Below the pieces are notes generated by a model. It did not search any database and had not been told where the DNA came from. It saw only the letters and a program-made list of their open reading frames with translations. Below are positions 1-18,960 of a DNA stretch of 64,000 bases, piece after piece. A program made the position numbers and the translations under genes. Source of the stretch: the human T2T-CHM13v2.0 reference genome, Homo sapiens; the NCBI RefSeq assembly GCF_009914755.1, contig NC_060934.1; one strand, 5' to 3'. The number at the start of each line of letters is the position of its first letter. The first letter of the stretch is position 1.

Positions 1-561
1 GTATCCACCATTACACTATCGTACAAAATAGTCTCATCGTCCTAAAAATCCTGTGCCCCATTTTTCACCCCTCCCCTCACCTGTCTACTCACCTTGAACC
101 CCTGGAAACCACTGATATTTATACTATCTCTGTAGTTTCACCTTTTCCAGAAGTCATAATTTGAATGATACAGTATGTAGCCTTTTCAGACCAGCTTCCT
201 TCACTTGGCAATATGCATTTAAGGTTCTTCCGTGTTTTCTAGTGTTTTGACAGCTCATTTCTGTTTAGCACTGAATAATATTCCATAGTCTGCATGGAGT
301 GGTCCATAGTGCATTCACCTACTGAAGACATCTTTGTTGTTTCTATATTTCAGCAATGAGAAATAAAACTGCTGTAAACATTCATGTGAGGATATTCTGT
401 GGATATATTTTCAGTTCACTTGGGTAAAAACCTGGGAGGTCGGCTGCTGGTTCATATGGTAAGACTATGTTTACATTTGTTAAGAAGCTGTCTTCAAAAG
501 TGGCTGTACCTTTTACATTCCCACCAGCAATAAATGAGAGTTCCTGTACCTCCACTTCTGA

Positions 562-1420
<859 letters not shown>

Positions 1421-1435
1421 GGATACATATTATCA

Positions 1436-1610
1436 GAGTAGCTGGGACTGCAGGCACGTGCCACCACACCCATCTAATTTTTCTATTTTTTGTAGAGATG
1501 GGGTTTCACCATGTTGCTTAGGCTGGTCTCGGACTCCTGAGTGCAAGTGATCTGCCTGCCTCAGCCTCCCAAAGTGCTGAGAATACAGGTGTGAGCCACT
1601 GCACCTGGCA
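1436..1610 (-). mobile_element. Partial Alu
   Basis: Left arm and linker only. Confidence 0.85.
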
Positions 1611-1872
1611 TTGTCTGTTTTTTTGTTTTTGTTTTTTTTTTTGGCATGGTTTGTGCTTTTGATGTTATATCTACAAATTCATCACCGAACCTAGGTCACC
1701 TAGATTTTGGCCTTTAGTATCTTTAAGAAATTTTATAGTATTGTGTTTCATATTTAGGTCCATGATCCGTTTTTTAGTTTAATTAATTTTTGTAAAGGTA
1801 TAAGGTCAGTGCCTAGATTCTTTTTGCACATGAATGTCCAGTTTGGATGTTGGTTAAAAACAGTATCATTTC

Positions 1873-2109
1873 GGCCAGGCGCAGCATCTCACACCTGTAA
1901 TCCCAGCACTTTGGGAGGCCAGTGCGGGTGGATCACCTGAGGTCAGCAGTTCGTGACCAGCCTGGCAAACATGGTGAAGCCCCGTCTCTACTAAAAATAC
2001 AAAAGTTAGCTAGGTGTGCTGGCGGGTGCCTGTAATCCCAGTTACTCAGGAAACTGAGGCAGGAGAATCGCTTGAACCCAGAGGTGGAGGCTGCAGTGAG
2101 CCGAGATCA
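1873..2109 (+). mobile_element. AluS, 3'-truncated
   Basis: Starts GGCCAGGCG, stops at CCGAGATC with no tail. Confidence 0.9.
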
Positions 2110-2306
2110 AGTCTACCGATGTTCCTTTTCAGTATTGTGTTGGCTGTTTTGAGTCTTACTGTTCCATATAAACTTTAGAACCACTTTGTCAATATACAAA
2201 AATAACTTGCTGGATTTTGACTGAGACTATGTTGAATCCATTGATCAAATTGAGCCTTGGTAACAATGTTGAGTCTTCTGATCAATGAACATGGAATATC
2301 TCTCCA

Positions 2307-2604
2307 TTTATTTATTTATTTATTTGAGATGGAGTCTCACTCTGTCGCCCAGGCTGGAGTGCAGTGGCGCAATCTCAGCTCACTGCAACCTCCAAACCCG
2401 GGTTCAAGTGATTCTCCTGCCTCAGCCTCCTGAGTAACTGGGATTACAGGCATGTACCACCACGCCTGGCTGATTTTTGTATTTTTGGTAGAGACAGGGT
2501 TTCACCATGTTTGTCATGCTGGTCTCGATCTCCCGACCTTGTGATCCACCCACCTTGGCCTCCCAAAGTGCTGGGATTACAGGTGTGAGCCACTGGGCCC
2601 GGAC
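2307..2604 (-). mobile_element. AluS
   Basis: Full dimer, (TTTA)n tail. Confidence 0.92.
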
Positions 2605-3262
2605 TGGTATTTCTCCATTTTTTATTTCTTTCATCTGAATTTGGTAGCTTTCTTCATATAGATCTTGCACATATTTGCGAGCTTTATGCATAAGTATTTC
2701 ATTTTTTGTGCTAATGTAAATTTTATGGTTTTTAATTTCAAATTCTAACTGTTCATTGCTAGCATACAGCAAAGCAATTAACTTTTTATACTAAACTTGT
2801 AACCTGAAACCTTACCATAATAGTTTGTTTGTTTTCTTTGTCTTTTCTTTAGGATTTTCTAGATAAGCATGCCACTGGGAATAAAAGCTGTTTTATTTCT
2901 TCCTTCCTAGTCTGTGTGACTTTTTAAAATTTTCTTTTATTGTCCTATTGCATTGGCTAGGATTTCTAGTAGAATGTGGGAAAGTAGTGGTGAGAAGAGA
3001 GAGCCTTGCCTTGTTCTTGATCTTAAATGTGAGAAATCTAACTTTTCAACATTGAGTATGATGTTAGCTATAGATTTTTATAGCTCCTTTTAAAAAAATC
3101 AAGCTGAGGAAGTTCCTCCTCATGCCTAGGTTGTTGAGAGTCTATTAACCTGAATGAATCTTGAATTTTGTTGGATGCTTTTTTCTACATCTATTGATTG
3201 ATCATATGACTTTTCTTCTTTGGCTTCTTGATGTGATAGATTACGTTTTCAAATATTGAGCC

Positions 3263-3540
3263 AGCTGGGCACGGTGGCTCATACCTGTAATCCAGCACTT
3301 TGGGAGGCTGAGGTGGGAGGATCACTTGAGCCTGGGAGTTCATGACCAGCCCTGGCAACATAGCAAGATCCTGTCTCTATAAAAATTAAAAAAAAAAAAA
3401 AAAGCTAGGCATGGCAGCACATGCCTGTGGTCCCAGCTACTTGGGAGGCTGAGGTGAAAGGATCAGTGACTTGTGGTGGCACCATTTCACTCCAGCCTGA
3501 ATGAAGGGTGAGACCCTGTCTGAAAACAATCTCAAAAAAC
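3263..3540 (+). mobile_element. AluJ with right-arm deletion
   Basis: Alu consensus, diverged. Confidence 0.85.
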
Positions 3541-3889
3541 CAAAAATATTGAATTAACCTTGCATACCTGGGATAAATCCCACCCTATTGCTCAATTCTA
3601 TTTGCTATTTGCTAAGATATTTTTAGGCAGTTTTGCATCTATATTTCTACAGGATATTGGTCTGTAGTTTTGTTTATTTACTTTGTCTGGTTTTGGTATT
3701 AAAAGGAATTGGGAAGTTTTTTTCTCCTCTTCTGTTTTCTGAGAAAGATTGTATAGACATGGTATTAATTATTCCTTAAACATTTGCTAGAATTCTCCAG
3801 TGAAACAGACTGGGCCTGAAGTTTGCTTATTGTGAGTTGTAAAATTAGAAATTCAATTTCCTTACTAGCTATATGGCTATTCAAATGAT

Positions 3890-4670
<781 letters not shown>

Positions 4671-6491
4671 CTGTAGTAATTTGTAAAACTTTTGGAATTT
4701 TTGGTCCATTTCATCTAAGCTGTAAAAAAATATCTGTAGAGTTGTTTGAGCATTCCTTTATTATCCCTTTTGAGATTTGGAAGGTCTATAATAATATCCC
4801 TTGTTTTATTCCTGATACTAGTAATTTGGGTCTTATTTTTTTCTTTCGGTCTTGTGAGAGGTTTGTTTTATATTTTGTTGATTATTTCAAAGAACTAGCT
4901 TTTTGTTTCATTGAGTCTCTCTTGATGTTTGTTTTTCATTTTCATTGATTTCTGCTCTTTATTTTGTTGAATTATGCTCACTTTGGGCTTCTTTTACTCT
5001 TTTTACCAGTTTCTTGAGGTGGGAGCTTAGGTTACCGATTTGCGAGTTTTCCTCTTTGTGTATGCACTTACTACTATAACTTTCCCATTCAGCACTGCTT
5101 TAACTGCATCCCACACATTTTGATATGTTTTCATTTTCACTCAGTTCAACATATATTTCAGAATTTTCCCTTGAGACTTCCTCTTTTATGCATTTATTAT
5201 TTTAAAGTATGCCGTTTACTTTCCAAGTCTTTAGAGATTTTTCTTTTATCTTTCTGTTATTGATTTCTAGTTGATCCACTGTGCCAGAGAACACATTTAT
5301 ATGATTTCAACTTTTAAAAATCTGTTTCATGGCCCAGGATATAGTCTATCTTGGCATATGTTCCACGAGCACTTGAAAAGGATGTGCATTCTGCTGTTTT
5401 GAGATAGAGTGTTCCATAATCGCCGTTTAGACCCTGTTGATTTATGGTGGTGTTGCGTTCCTCTGTATTTTTGCTGATTTTCTGTCAAGTTGTTCTGTCA
5501 ATTATTAAGGGAGGGACGTTAAAATCACCAACTATAATTGTAGATGAGTCTATTTCATCTTTTATTTCTATTGGCTTTTGCTTCACATGTTTTACAACCC
5601 TGTTATTTTGTGCATAAACATTTAGAATTGTTGTCTTCTCAGTGGCTTGACCCTTTAATCATGTAATATATCTCATTCCCTGACAACTTTTTTTTGCTCT
5701 AAGGTCTGCTTTACTTCATATTGTACAGGCACTGCTGTTTTCTTTTGATTAATGTTTGCAAGGTATACATTTTATTCCACTCATTCACTTTGAATCTACC
5801 CATATTACTATACTGGAAGTAAGTTTGTTAGACACCATATAGTTCATATAATTGCATTCGTTTTTATAAGCTCTACCAATCTGTCTTTTATATCTAATGT
5901 CCTTAGAGTTCATGTAACTACTACTGTATTAGGGCTTACAGTCTTCCACTTTTTAAATTAATAAACTTCACATTTTATAGTTTCAGGTTTACAGCAAAAG
6001 TGAGCAGAAATTACAGTTTCCATACATCTCGTTTCTGCACATACACAACCTATCAATATCCTGTGCTGCATTGGTACTTTTTTTTTTTTTTTTTTTTTAC
6101 AATCAATGAACCTACATTTACACGTCATCACCTGAAGTTCATAGTTTACATTAGAGTTCACTTTTGGTGTTGTATATTCTATGGGTTTTTATAAATATAA
6201 TGACATGTATCCCCACCATTGTAGTATCATACAGGACAGCTTCATTGCCCTAAAAATCTTCTGTGCTCCACCTATTCATCTCTCCCTCCCCACAAGCACT
6301 GGCAACCACTGATATTTTACTATCTTCATAATTTTGTCTCTTCCACTCTGTCATATAGTTGAACTATACAGTATGTAACCTTTTCAGATTGGCTTCTATC
6401 ACTATTTAAATTTCCTTTGTGTCTTTTCATGGCTTGATAGCTCGCTTCTTTTTAGTACTGAATAATGTTCCATTGTTTGGATGTACCATAG

Positions 6492-6863
<372 letters not shown>

Positions 6864-7167
6864 TGATTAACAAAGCTGCTATAAACATCTATGTATAGGT
6901 TTTTGTGTGAAGTTTTCAATTCATTTGGATAAATACTAAAGAGTATGAGTGCTGCATCATATGGTAAGATTATGTTTAGTTTTGTAAGAAAGTGTCAAAC
7001 TGTTTTCCAAAATGGCTATAAAATTTTGCATTTTTACCAGCAATAAATGAGAGTTCTTGTTACTCCACATGCTTGCCAGCATTTAGTGTTGTCAGTGCTT
7101 TTGATTTCGGCCATTCTAATAGGTATGTAGTGGCATCTTGTTGTTTTAATTTGCAGTTTCCTAATAA

Positions 7168-7561
<394 letters not shown>

Positions 7562-8450
7562 GTTTTGTTCATTTTTAATTAGGTGTTCTTTCTCTTATTG
7601 TTAAGCTTTGAGTCCTTTCTGTATATTTTGGAGAACAGTTCATTATTAGATCTATCTTTTGCAAATATTTCCTCCCAGCCTATGACTTGTCTTTTCATTC
7701 CCTTAACTGTGTCTTTTGGAGAGAAGTTTTGAATTTTAATGAAGTCCAGTTTATCAATTATTTCCTTTATGTAGTGTGCCTTTGGTGTTGCATCTAAAAA
7801 GTCAACCGGGTTTTCTCCTATGTTGTCTTCTAGGGATTTTACAGTTTTGCATTGTACATCTAGGTCTATGATCAATTTTCAGTGAATTTTTGTGATGAGT
7901 GTAAGGTCTATATCTACATTTATTTTTTAACATGAGATATCCAGTTGTTCCAGCATCATTTGTTGAAAACACTGTCTTTGCTTCATTGTATGGCATTTCC
8001 TCCTTTGTCAAAAAATGAGTTGACTGTATTCATGTGGGTCTATTTCTGGGCCTCTATTCTATTCCATTGGTCTATTTATTTTTGCCAGTATGAATTACTG
8101 TAGCTTTATTTATCATCATTTTAGACCCAGTTGTTTAGTAAGTTTTGACGTCATGCCAAAGTCTTCCAACTTTGTTCTCCTTCAATACTGAGTTGGCTAT
8201 TCTGGGTCTTTTGTCTCTCCATATAAAGTTTAGACTTAGTTCATCAATATCCATGAAATAATTTGCTGAGATTTTAATTGGGAATGTGTTGAATCTATAG
8301 ATTAAGTAGGAAAAAACTGACATCTTGACAATATTGAGTCTTCTTGTCCATGAACATGGTTTAGTTCTTTGATATCTTTCATTGAAGTTAAGTAGTTTTC
8401 TTCATATACATCTTATACATATTTTGTTAGATTTACACCTAAGTATTTTA

Positions 8451-8894
<444 letters not shown>

Positions 8895-9869
8895 TTATCA
8901 GTTTCTTATTTGTCAATTCTACATGTCATCTGTGAACAAAGTATTTCCCTTTATTGTTGTATTGCACTAGCTAGGATTTCCAGTATGATGTTAAAAAACA
9001 GTGGTGATATGGGATATCCTTGCCTCATTCCTGATCTTAGCAGGAAAGCTTCACGTTTCTCACCGTTAAGTATGATGTTACCTGTAGGCTTTTTCTAAAT
9101 GTTCGTGATAAAGTTTAGGAAGTTTTCTTTCTTTTTTCCCCCCAAAGATATCTTCCTAACATTCAAAGTTTTCTTTCTATTCCTAGTTTGCCAAAGGGTT
9201 TTTTTTTTTAAATCATGAATGTGTGTTGCATTTTGTCAAATGCTTTTTCTACATCTATTAATATGATCACATTATTTTTCTTCTTTAACCTGTTGATGTA
9301 ATGGATTACATTAATTGACTTTTGAATGTTGAACCAGCCTTACATACCTAGTATAAATCCCACTTGGTTGCGTGTATAATTATCTTAATACACTTCTGGA
9401 TTCAATTTGTTAATATTCTGTATGGGATTTTTACATCTATGCTCATAGGAAATATTAGCCTGTAGTTTCCTTTTCCTGTAATGTCTTTGTCTGGTTTCAG
9501 TATTAGGGTAATGCTGACCTCAGAGATTAAGAAGGATTCTCTCTGCTTCTATCTTCTGAATAACATAGAAAATTGGTATAAATTCTTTCTTAAATGTTTG
9601 GTAGGATTCACCAGAAATCTGGGTCAAATGCTGTTTCAAGGTCATTAATTATTGATTCATTATCTTTAAAAATCATAGGTCTAGTCATAGTGTAGCCATA
9701 AAATAGATTCTCTATTTCTTCTTATGTGATTTAAAGCAGATGTGTTTTTCAAGGAATTGGTCCATTTCTTCTAGCTTATTAAATTTGTGAACACAGTTGT
9801 TCATAATATTCCTTTATTATACTTTTAATGTCATGGGATATGTAGTCATGCCCTCTCTTTCATTTACTA

Positions 9870-10158
9870 TTATTATTTTTTTTGAGAAGAATTCTCACTC
9901 TGTCACCAGGCTGAGGTGCAGTGGTGCAGTCTTGGCTCTCTGCAACCCCCACCTCCCGGAAGTGATTCTCCTGCCTCAGCCTTCCAAGTAGCTGGGACTA
10001 TAGGCACGTGCCACTATGCCCAGCTAATTTTTATATTTTTAGTAGAGACTTGGTTTCACCACGTTGGCCACGATGGTCTCAATCTCCTGACCTCATGATT
10101 CGCCCACCTCGGCCTCCCAAAGTGCTGGGATTACAGGCATGAGCCACTGAGACTGGCC
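9870..10158 (-). mobile_element. AluSc-like
   Basis: Full dimer. Confidence 0.9.
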
Positions 10159-10707
10159 ATTTTTTATATTAATAATTATATATCTTTACTTTTTTTTTTT
10201 AGTCTGGTTACAGACTTACTGATTTTATTGATCTTCTCAAAGAATAAGCTTTTGGTTTTTCTGACATTTTTTTTTCCCGGTTGTTCTCTTTTTTTCTTCC
10301 TGTGGGTTAATTGAACTTTTTTTTTTTTTTAATTCCATTTTGGCTTATCTGTAGGGTTTTTGAGTATATCTCTTTTCATAGCCTTTCTAGTGGTTGCTCT
10401 AGCTACTACATTGTATTATGTATAGCTTTTCATAGTCTACTGGCATCAACATTTTAATTGTTTGTGTGAGCCGAAACCTTACCTCTATGCCCCTTTTCTT
10501 TCCCACATTTATAACAATTATTTTCTCTGCATACAGTGAAAACCCCAATAGACATAATTATATTTTGCTTCAAAAAATGTAATTTCGAAACCCACAGAGG
10601 TGTATTGTATTTACCCATACTTTTACTGTTTCTACTCTTCCTCCCTGATCTTCCAAGATTCCTTCATTGATGGTTTCCTTTCTGTTTCAAGAACTTCTTT
10701 AGCATTT

Positions 10708-11280
10708 CAGCCAGAACCACAATTTTCTAATAATTCACCAAAATGACAAACACAAAAAGGAGGAGAGGCACCTGATATATGTTCTCTGGACCTTTTATAA
10801 CATGCAGTTGTTCCTTTGGCCACATACACACGAATCTAACAAGAAAAGTCATACCATAGACATCAGTATGGGAACTGTTTGAAAAGGAATACCCACAAAT
10901 GTTCCCATGGCAAAACTGGGAGTCCACAATGTTACCCACCATGCTATTGGCATTGTTGTAAACAAATTAAGGGGAATACTCTTGTCAAGAGATTAATGTG
11001 CATACTGAGTGTAGTAAGGACTCTAAAGGTTGAGATAGCGTCTTGAGAAGTGTGAAGGAAAATGACCAGAAAAAAAGGAAGCCAAAGAGAAAGGTACCTG
11101 GGCTTAACTGAGGCGCCAGCCTGTTCTTCTCAGAGAAGCACACTTTCTGAGAACCAATGGGAAGGAGCCTGAGCTGCCAGAACCTGTTCTCTACTAATTC
11201 ATGCCATAATAGGTGTGTAACAACAACAACAACAAAAGACCTTTGCACTGTTTAAAAAAAACAAAAACAAAAACAAAAAA
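10708..11280 (+). pseudogene. RPL21P: Processed pseudogene of RPL21 (full length, disabled)
   Basis: ATG at 10743 (MTNTK...RRGT), degenerate VVPLATY, HGKTG, VKENDQKK, TNGKEPEL, ending TAA at 11207-11209; no introns, many indels and stops, A-rich tail to ~11280, flanked by an AACTTC(C)TTTAGC(C)ATTT target-site duplication. The pseudogene number cannot be read from sequence. Confidence 0.93.
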
Positions 11281-12178
11281 AACTTCCTTTAGCCATTTTA
11301 TCAGGGCAGGTCTGCTGGCAACTAATTCTGTTAGTTTTCCTTTTTTGTGTTTGTCTTGTAGACAATGTGTCATTGCTTTTGGTTGCACTTTCCTGGTCCT
11401 TTAGCTACAGAGAATGGGCTCTTCTTGAGCCTCTGTCTACATACAGCCATTCCAGGTTGTTGGGTTCTCCAGTAACTGGTATTAAGTATGGGATATACAA
11501 GGCAGTAAGAAAATCCAGGGAACTCACCACTATTTTATTCCTTGATTCCCAAGGTCTCTAGCAATTCTGCCTTCTTTTTTCCAACTTTCAAAGTGTTCTT
11601 GTTTGTTTTATATATAATGTTCAGGGTTTTTTAAATGAGTTTAGAAGAAAGAATAGAGAAAAGTATGTTTATTCCATCTTTTGGAATCAGAAGTCCTTTT
11701 CCGATTATTTTGATGTGTGTGTGTGATGATCCTGTGGTCATCTTTTTAAGACATACTGATTTACAGATAAAATATAATGTCTGGGATGAACTTTGTAATA
11801 ATTTGGCATGGGTAAATGGGTAGGAATATAGGTGGAAGTGAGATTAGCCATGAACGGATAAATATTGAAGATAAGTGACAGGTATATTACCCTATTTTAT
11901 TTTTGTATATGTCCGAAATGCTCCTTTAAAAAAAATTTCCTGACTACCCCACTCTAATATTACAGAATCTTACAATAATCATGATTTATCTGTAGCTATT
12001 GTCTATGTTCCCTGGTAGAGTATAAACTCGTTAACAGGGATTCAGTCTATCTTGGTCACAATTATAAGCTCCAAAACTTTAAAGTGACTGGCATATAGTT
12101 GTTACTCAAATTACCACGTTTTGTCAAATACAAGATGCCATAGATTGTAAAATGTGTCTTAATTTTATGTACCAATAG

Positions 12179-12559
<381 letters not shown>

Positions 12560-13924
12560 TGATTTGGGAGATGCTACAATGTGAAAACATGTCTATTGGT
12601 ATCTGTGGAATAAATAAGCTGAAATAATGTGAGGTTTACATAATGGTGAATATGTGTTCAAGGACAGATCATGTATTAATTGATAACAGCTATATTTTTT
12701 AGTCTATTATCAATTCTTCAGTGAATGTTCCTTCCCAAATATTAAAAATTTATGTTCAAGTTTGTAGGACTATTACAAACCTTAATAGAAAATACAAGAT
12801 TCCACAATGATGGTCTCCACCTTTTACCACCAAGAACCTCCTGTATTAATTTATCCCCAAGGTCTCCATATTTTAAAATACTTTGATAACCAAGTAAAGT
12901 TCACTTGTTAAGCTAATTTTGTCTTTTATGGATGAAATTATACTATTTGGATTGAGGTAATATAATTCCAGCTACAATAAAAGAAACTTCACCTTTTGCC
13001 CTACTTGTATGGATTCACTACAGGGAAATGTAACATTTCCATTAGAATATAACTTTGTAACCTCTAGTGCTACTTTCCTAGAGTCTAGGCCCCAGTGGAA
13101 TGGGGATGGCAGTCACTGACTGGCTCTTAGCTCCTACATTAAGTCATCAAAGGGCATTTAGCTGGCCCATCTTACATTTATGTTAGGAGTTAGGCCATTT
13201 GTTTACACAGCTCTCCACAAAAGAGTCTTACTTTCTGTGTTTTGGAATACCCAGCTGGGTGACTTCTTACTTGGATTAATGATTTCTCTACCATAAGAAC
13301 CAACCTACCCTATTCATGAAACATTTTAAAGAACGGGTCACTTAGTCTTGGGCTGCACAGGAGGAGACGAGTGTGGAGCTAGAAAAAGTGAGGACATGAA
13401 ACAACCATGAATCTGCAACCAAAGCAAAGAATGGGAAAGATTTTAGTATCAACAGAACTAAAGACAGATTCTTCCAAATTTGAGAGATGACTAAAAATCT
13501 TAGTTATTGTGGTAAAAAACTTCAGTGACAAGTGGCTGCCTTCAGGTGCCAAATCTCACTATCCTCTCAATCTCTACATAAACAAAAAGTGTGATGGCCA
13601 CCAGCCAAGGCCCTGTCTTTTTCCTGCCAGTAGCAGGAGGTCAGGCCATCCACTGAAGTGCCTTACGAATAGGATTTGACCGCCACTAGCGTTTCCTGAC
13701 AGCTGATGGTAAACCAGAACAACAACAGGGTGGTTTAGGATTGTTTTGGAAATCTGAGTAGTAAGTGCTTCTGTGATGAAACTCCACTTTCGGTTAACAC
13801 AGGATGGGCTTTGGCTTTCACTTTAACCTCTGAAAGACATTATTATTTATGTTTGTCGCCAGATTTAAAAATGCATAATTGTGATAAAGGACGTTAAACA
13901 GAACCCAAATAATGCCTAAACCTA

Positions 13925-14986
13925 ATTGTTTCCCACCAGTCCAATTTTATTTAGATTTTATGTGCTCACATATAGACACACTTAAAGAGCATACGTTTAT
14001 ATATACATATATAAAATATAGATGATATGGGAGTTTCTGACAAAGTGATTTATTAATGAAAATTCATTCACTATATAACCTTTGAATACCAGAGAAACTT
14101 CAATATGTACAAATCAGCATGAAGTTCCCAGTTCTCAAACTTTGGTTATATGAATATGCCTCAAGCACCACAAAAGAAACATTAGTCCTAATTTAAAAAG
14201 AAAAAAGTACCAAGAAACAAAAAAAATCTTCAATTCTCTTGAATCTGTTTTCTTTACACCACATCAGGAAAACCTCCTTTTATTCCACATTTCCTTTCAT
14301 CTCAGCCAGTCTCCAAAACTGGTATAAAAAAATACTGATCAGAGGAAAAAAGACAGACAAACCATTACAGATAAAAATGATACCTCAAAAGTACAATTTC
14401 TGGAAATTATTCTATCTTAAATAAAGAAACTATTTTAACCTAGGAGGTTTGCATTATGCAACACATATGAAAAAAACCCTAATTATTAATTTTCAGAATT
14501 TAAAAACTTAAACAATGCAAGCATATTAAGAGTTGAGTGGAAGGCTCACAGGGAGATTTTTAGCAAAATCAGTTAAAGAGATTCCTGGATTTCAACTTGT
14601 TTCCTGGCATCGCTGGCATCTGCGGGCTGCAGAAGCAACTGGTATAATATATGGGCAGGAAGAAAGAGACCCGACAGGCTGAGCACAACCTTCCATGGGA
14701 TTTCACAAGAGATCTGATGGACAAAAGAAATAAACATCAAAGAATGAAAAACTGAAATAGAAGAAAATAGAAACAAAACATATCTAAGTCCACGTGAGTC
14801 AGGATGGAGGGAGTTTAGATGTACCAACTGACAACTGCACATGTGTGGAAGAGATTGCGTCCTTGACTACAAATGTGGATTATGTACACATTTATATTAA
14901 CTTAAGTCAATTCATATATTACACCTGACAGCTCAAACAGGACGTCTCTGGTGGGAGGTGGGAGGAGATGCTATTCGCTCGGCTCC
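13925..14986 (-). other. PARG: PARG 3'UTR (approximate end)
   Basis: Repeat-free AU-rich sequence after the stop codon; distal AATAAA at 13946-13951 implies cleavage near 13925. Confidence 0.8.
13946..13951 (-). terminator. Distal polyadenylation signal AATAAA
   Basis: tttatt on + strand; G/U-rich sequence further downstream on the - strand. Confidence 0.75.
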
Positions 14987-15172
<186 letters not shown>

Positions 15173-15806
15173 TTAAAGTATGTAATTGAAAAAACCTTAG
15201 AAAGAACACTCCAGTTTTATCTTAATCTAAATGGCATATGCTCAGACTTGGCTTTTGAAAATACAGCATGAATTTCATATGCCTGAAAGGCTTTCCCAAC
15301 ATAAATTAAACAAGATTTTTAACACTCTTTAAAGAAACAACTTCTTTGCTCATGATAACAACAGGCTATCCATGGTACACTGTCCATGCACCCTCGTTAT
15401 GCACTGTCATGGCAGCCCTCGTTATACACTTTGCTCCTGAGGTAGCAAGCACACTGGATGAGCGCTGGCAGGTCTGAGAAACAGGACAGTGGGGCTTCTC
15501 AGATCTGAACTTACCCTCATTCATCTTTCCCATTTTAGATTTTTATAGACAGAAAAGTAAAAATGAACACCAACTTCAGCTTCTTGACCTTACTTTAGTA
15601 AGCTGATATACCCTATCAAGACTGTGGATGAAACTCTGCCAGAACAAAAAGACTCTGCAAATGCTGCCCCTCTGAGGGTTTGTCCTTCCTGCTTAGAGCC
15701 ATGCTTTTGTTTCTTCGTACCCACTGTGATTCATCCAGATTTAGCAAGTGTTCCCACTGAATGGTGTACAATCCATCTAGATACCAAGTGTCAAGAGTAT
15801 CTCCTA

Positions 15807-15995
<189 letters not shown>

Positions 15996-16086
15996 TTAGC
16001 TCTTTACCAGCTGGTGTGCCACAGCTTCATCCTAGATTAAAGATTTATAAACCCAGTATACATGGTATTAGAAATGGGGAACACAA

Positions 16087-16384
16087 GGCTGGGCGCGGTG
16101 CCTCACACCTGTAATCCCAGCACTCTGGGAGGCTGAGGCAGGCAGATCACCTGAGACCAGGAGTTCGAGACCAGCCTGGCCAACATGGTGAAACCCTACT
16201 AAAAATACAAAAAAAAAATTTAGCCGGGTGTGGTGGCAGGTGACTGTAATCCCAGCTACTCGGGAGGCTGAAGCAGGAGAATTGCTTGAACCTGGGAGGT
16301 GGAGGTGGCAGGTGAGCCGAGATCGCACCACTGCACTCCAGCCTGGGTGACAGGGCAAGACTCCATCTCAAAAAAAAAAAAAAA
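16087..16384 (+). mobile_element. AluS (PARG intron 16)
   Basis: TSD AGAAATGGGGAA(C/T)ACA. Confidence 0.93.
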
Positions 16385-17024
16385 GAAATGGGGAATACAG
16401 GATGGACATAAATCATCTAGTTGTGTGGCTTTTCAGACATGCTGCCAAGAATATCATCAAACTATAGAATTCCAACACAGGCACCTTTGCTGAACCACAA
16501 ATAAAGGAAGCTGCAAACCATGGGACTAAGGTAGTATTTATATTCGCTTCTATTAATCTGGAACTAAAATTTTTTGTGTTTGCTTACTTGATATAATTGC
16601 TGTGTCTTATCACACAGCCACTGGCCTTTTGTATAGGCACATTTGGGAGGTTCTAATGTTCTCCTTAATCCCACAGCAGGAGTTCTCAAAATGGGCTGGG
16701 GAGCACACCTGCGTCCCTCCTGCACTCCCACCTCCACTGGCCACTGCAGAACTCCCGTTCTGCAGAGTTCCTGAAAACACTGGACAGTCACTCTCTGGTG
16801 TGTTATAAGAATGAAAAAACAATCGAGATCTACTATCTCCAGGAATCAAAGTTACAAATCACTGAGCCTGAAGTATGTTTCCGAAAATTTAGTTACCTTA
16901 CAATCTCAATAGATAGGATTTTAAATAACCACAAAATTGAATACAGTTACAATAAATGCCCTTTCGCTAGTTATAAATCTCTTACTTCATAAAAGGGAAG
17001 ATGGGAATCAAATTAAAACATTAA

Positions 17025-18960
<1,936 letters not shown>

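Noticed and set aside
13590-13700. CTCF sites downstream of the PARG 3' end
   Set aside because: Only partial matches to the CCASYAGRKGGC core
15371-15432. Short imperfect duplication (ccctcgttat(g/a)cact twice) in intron 17
   Set aside because: Two ~25-nt copies, consistent with ordinary slippage
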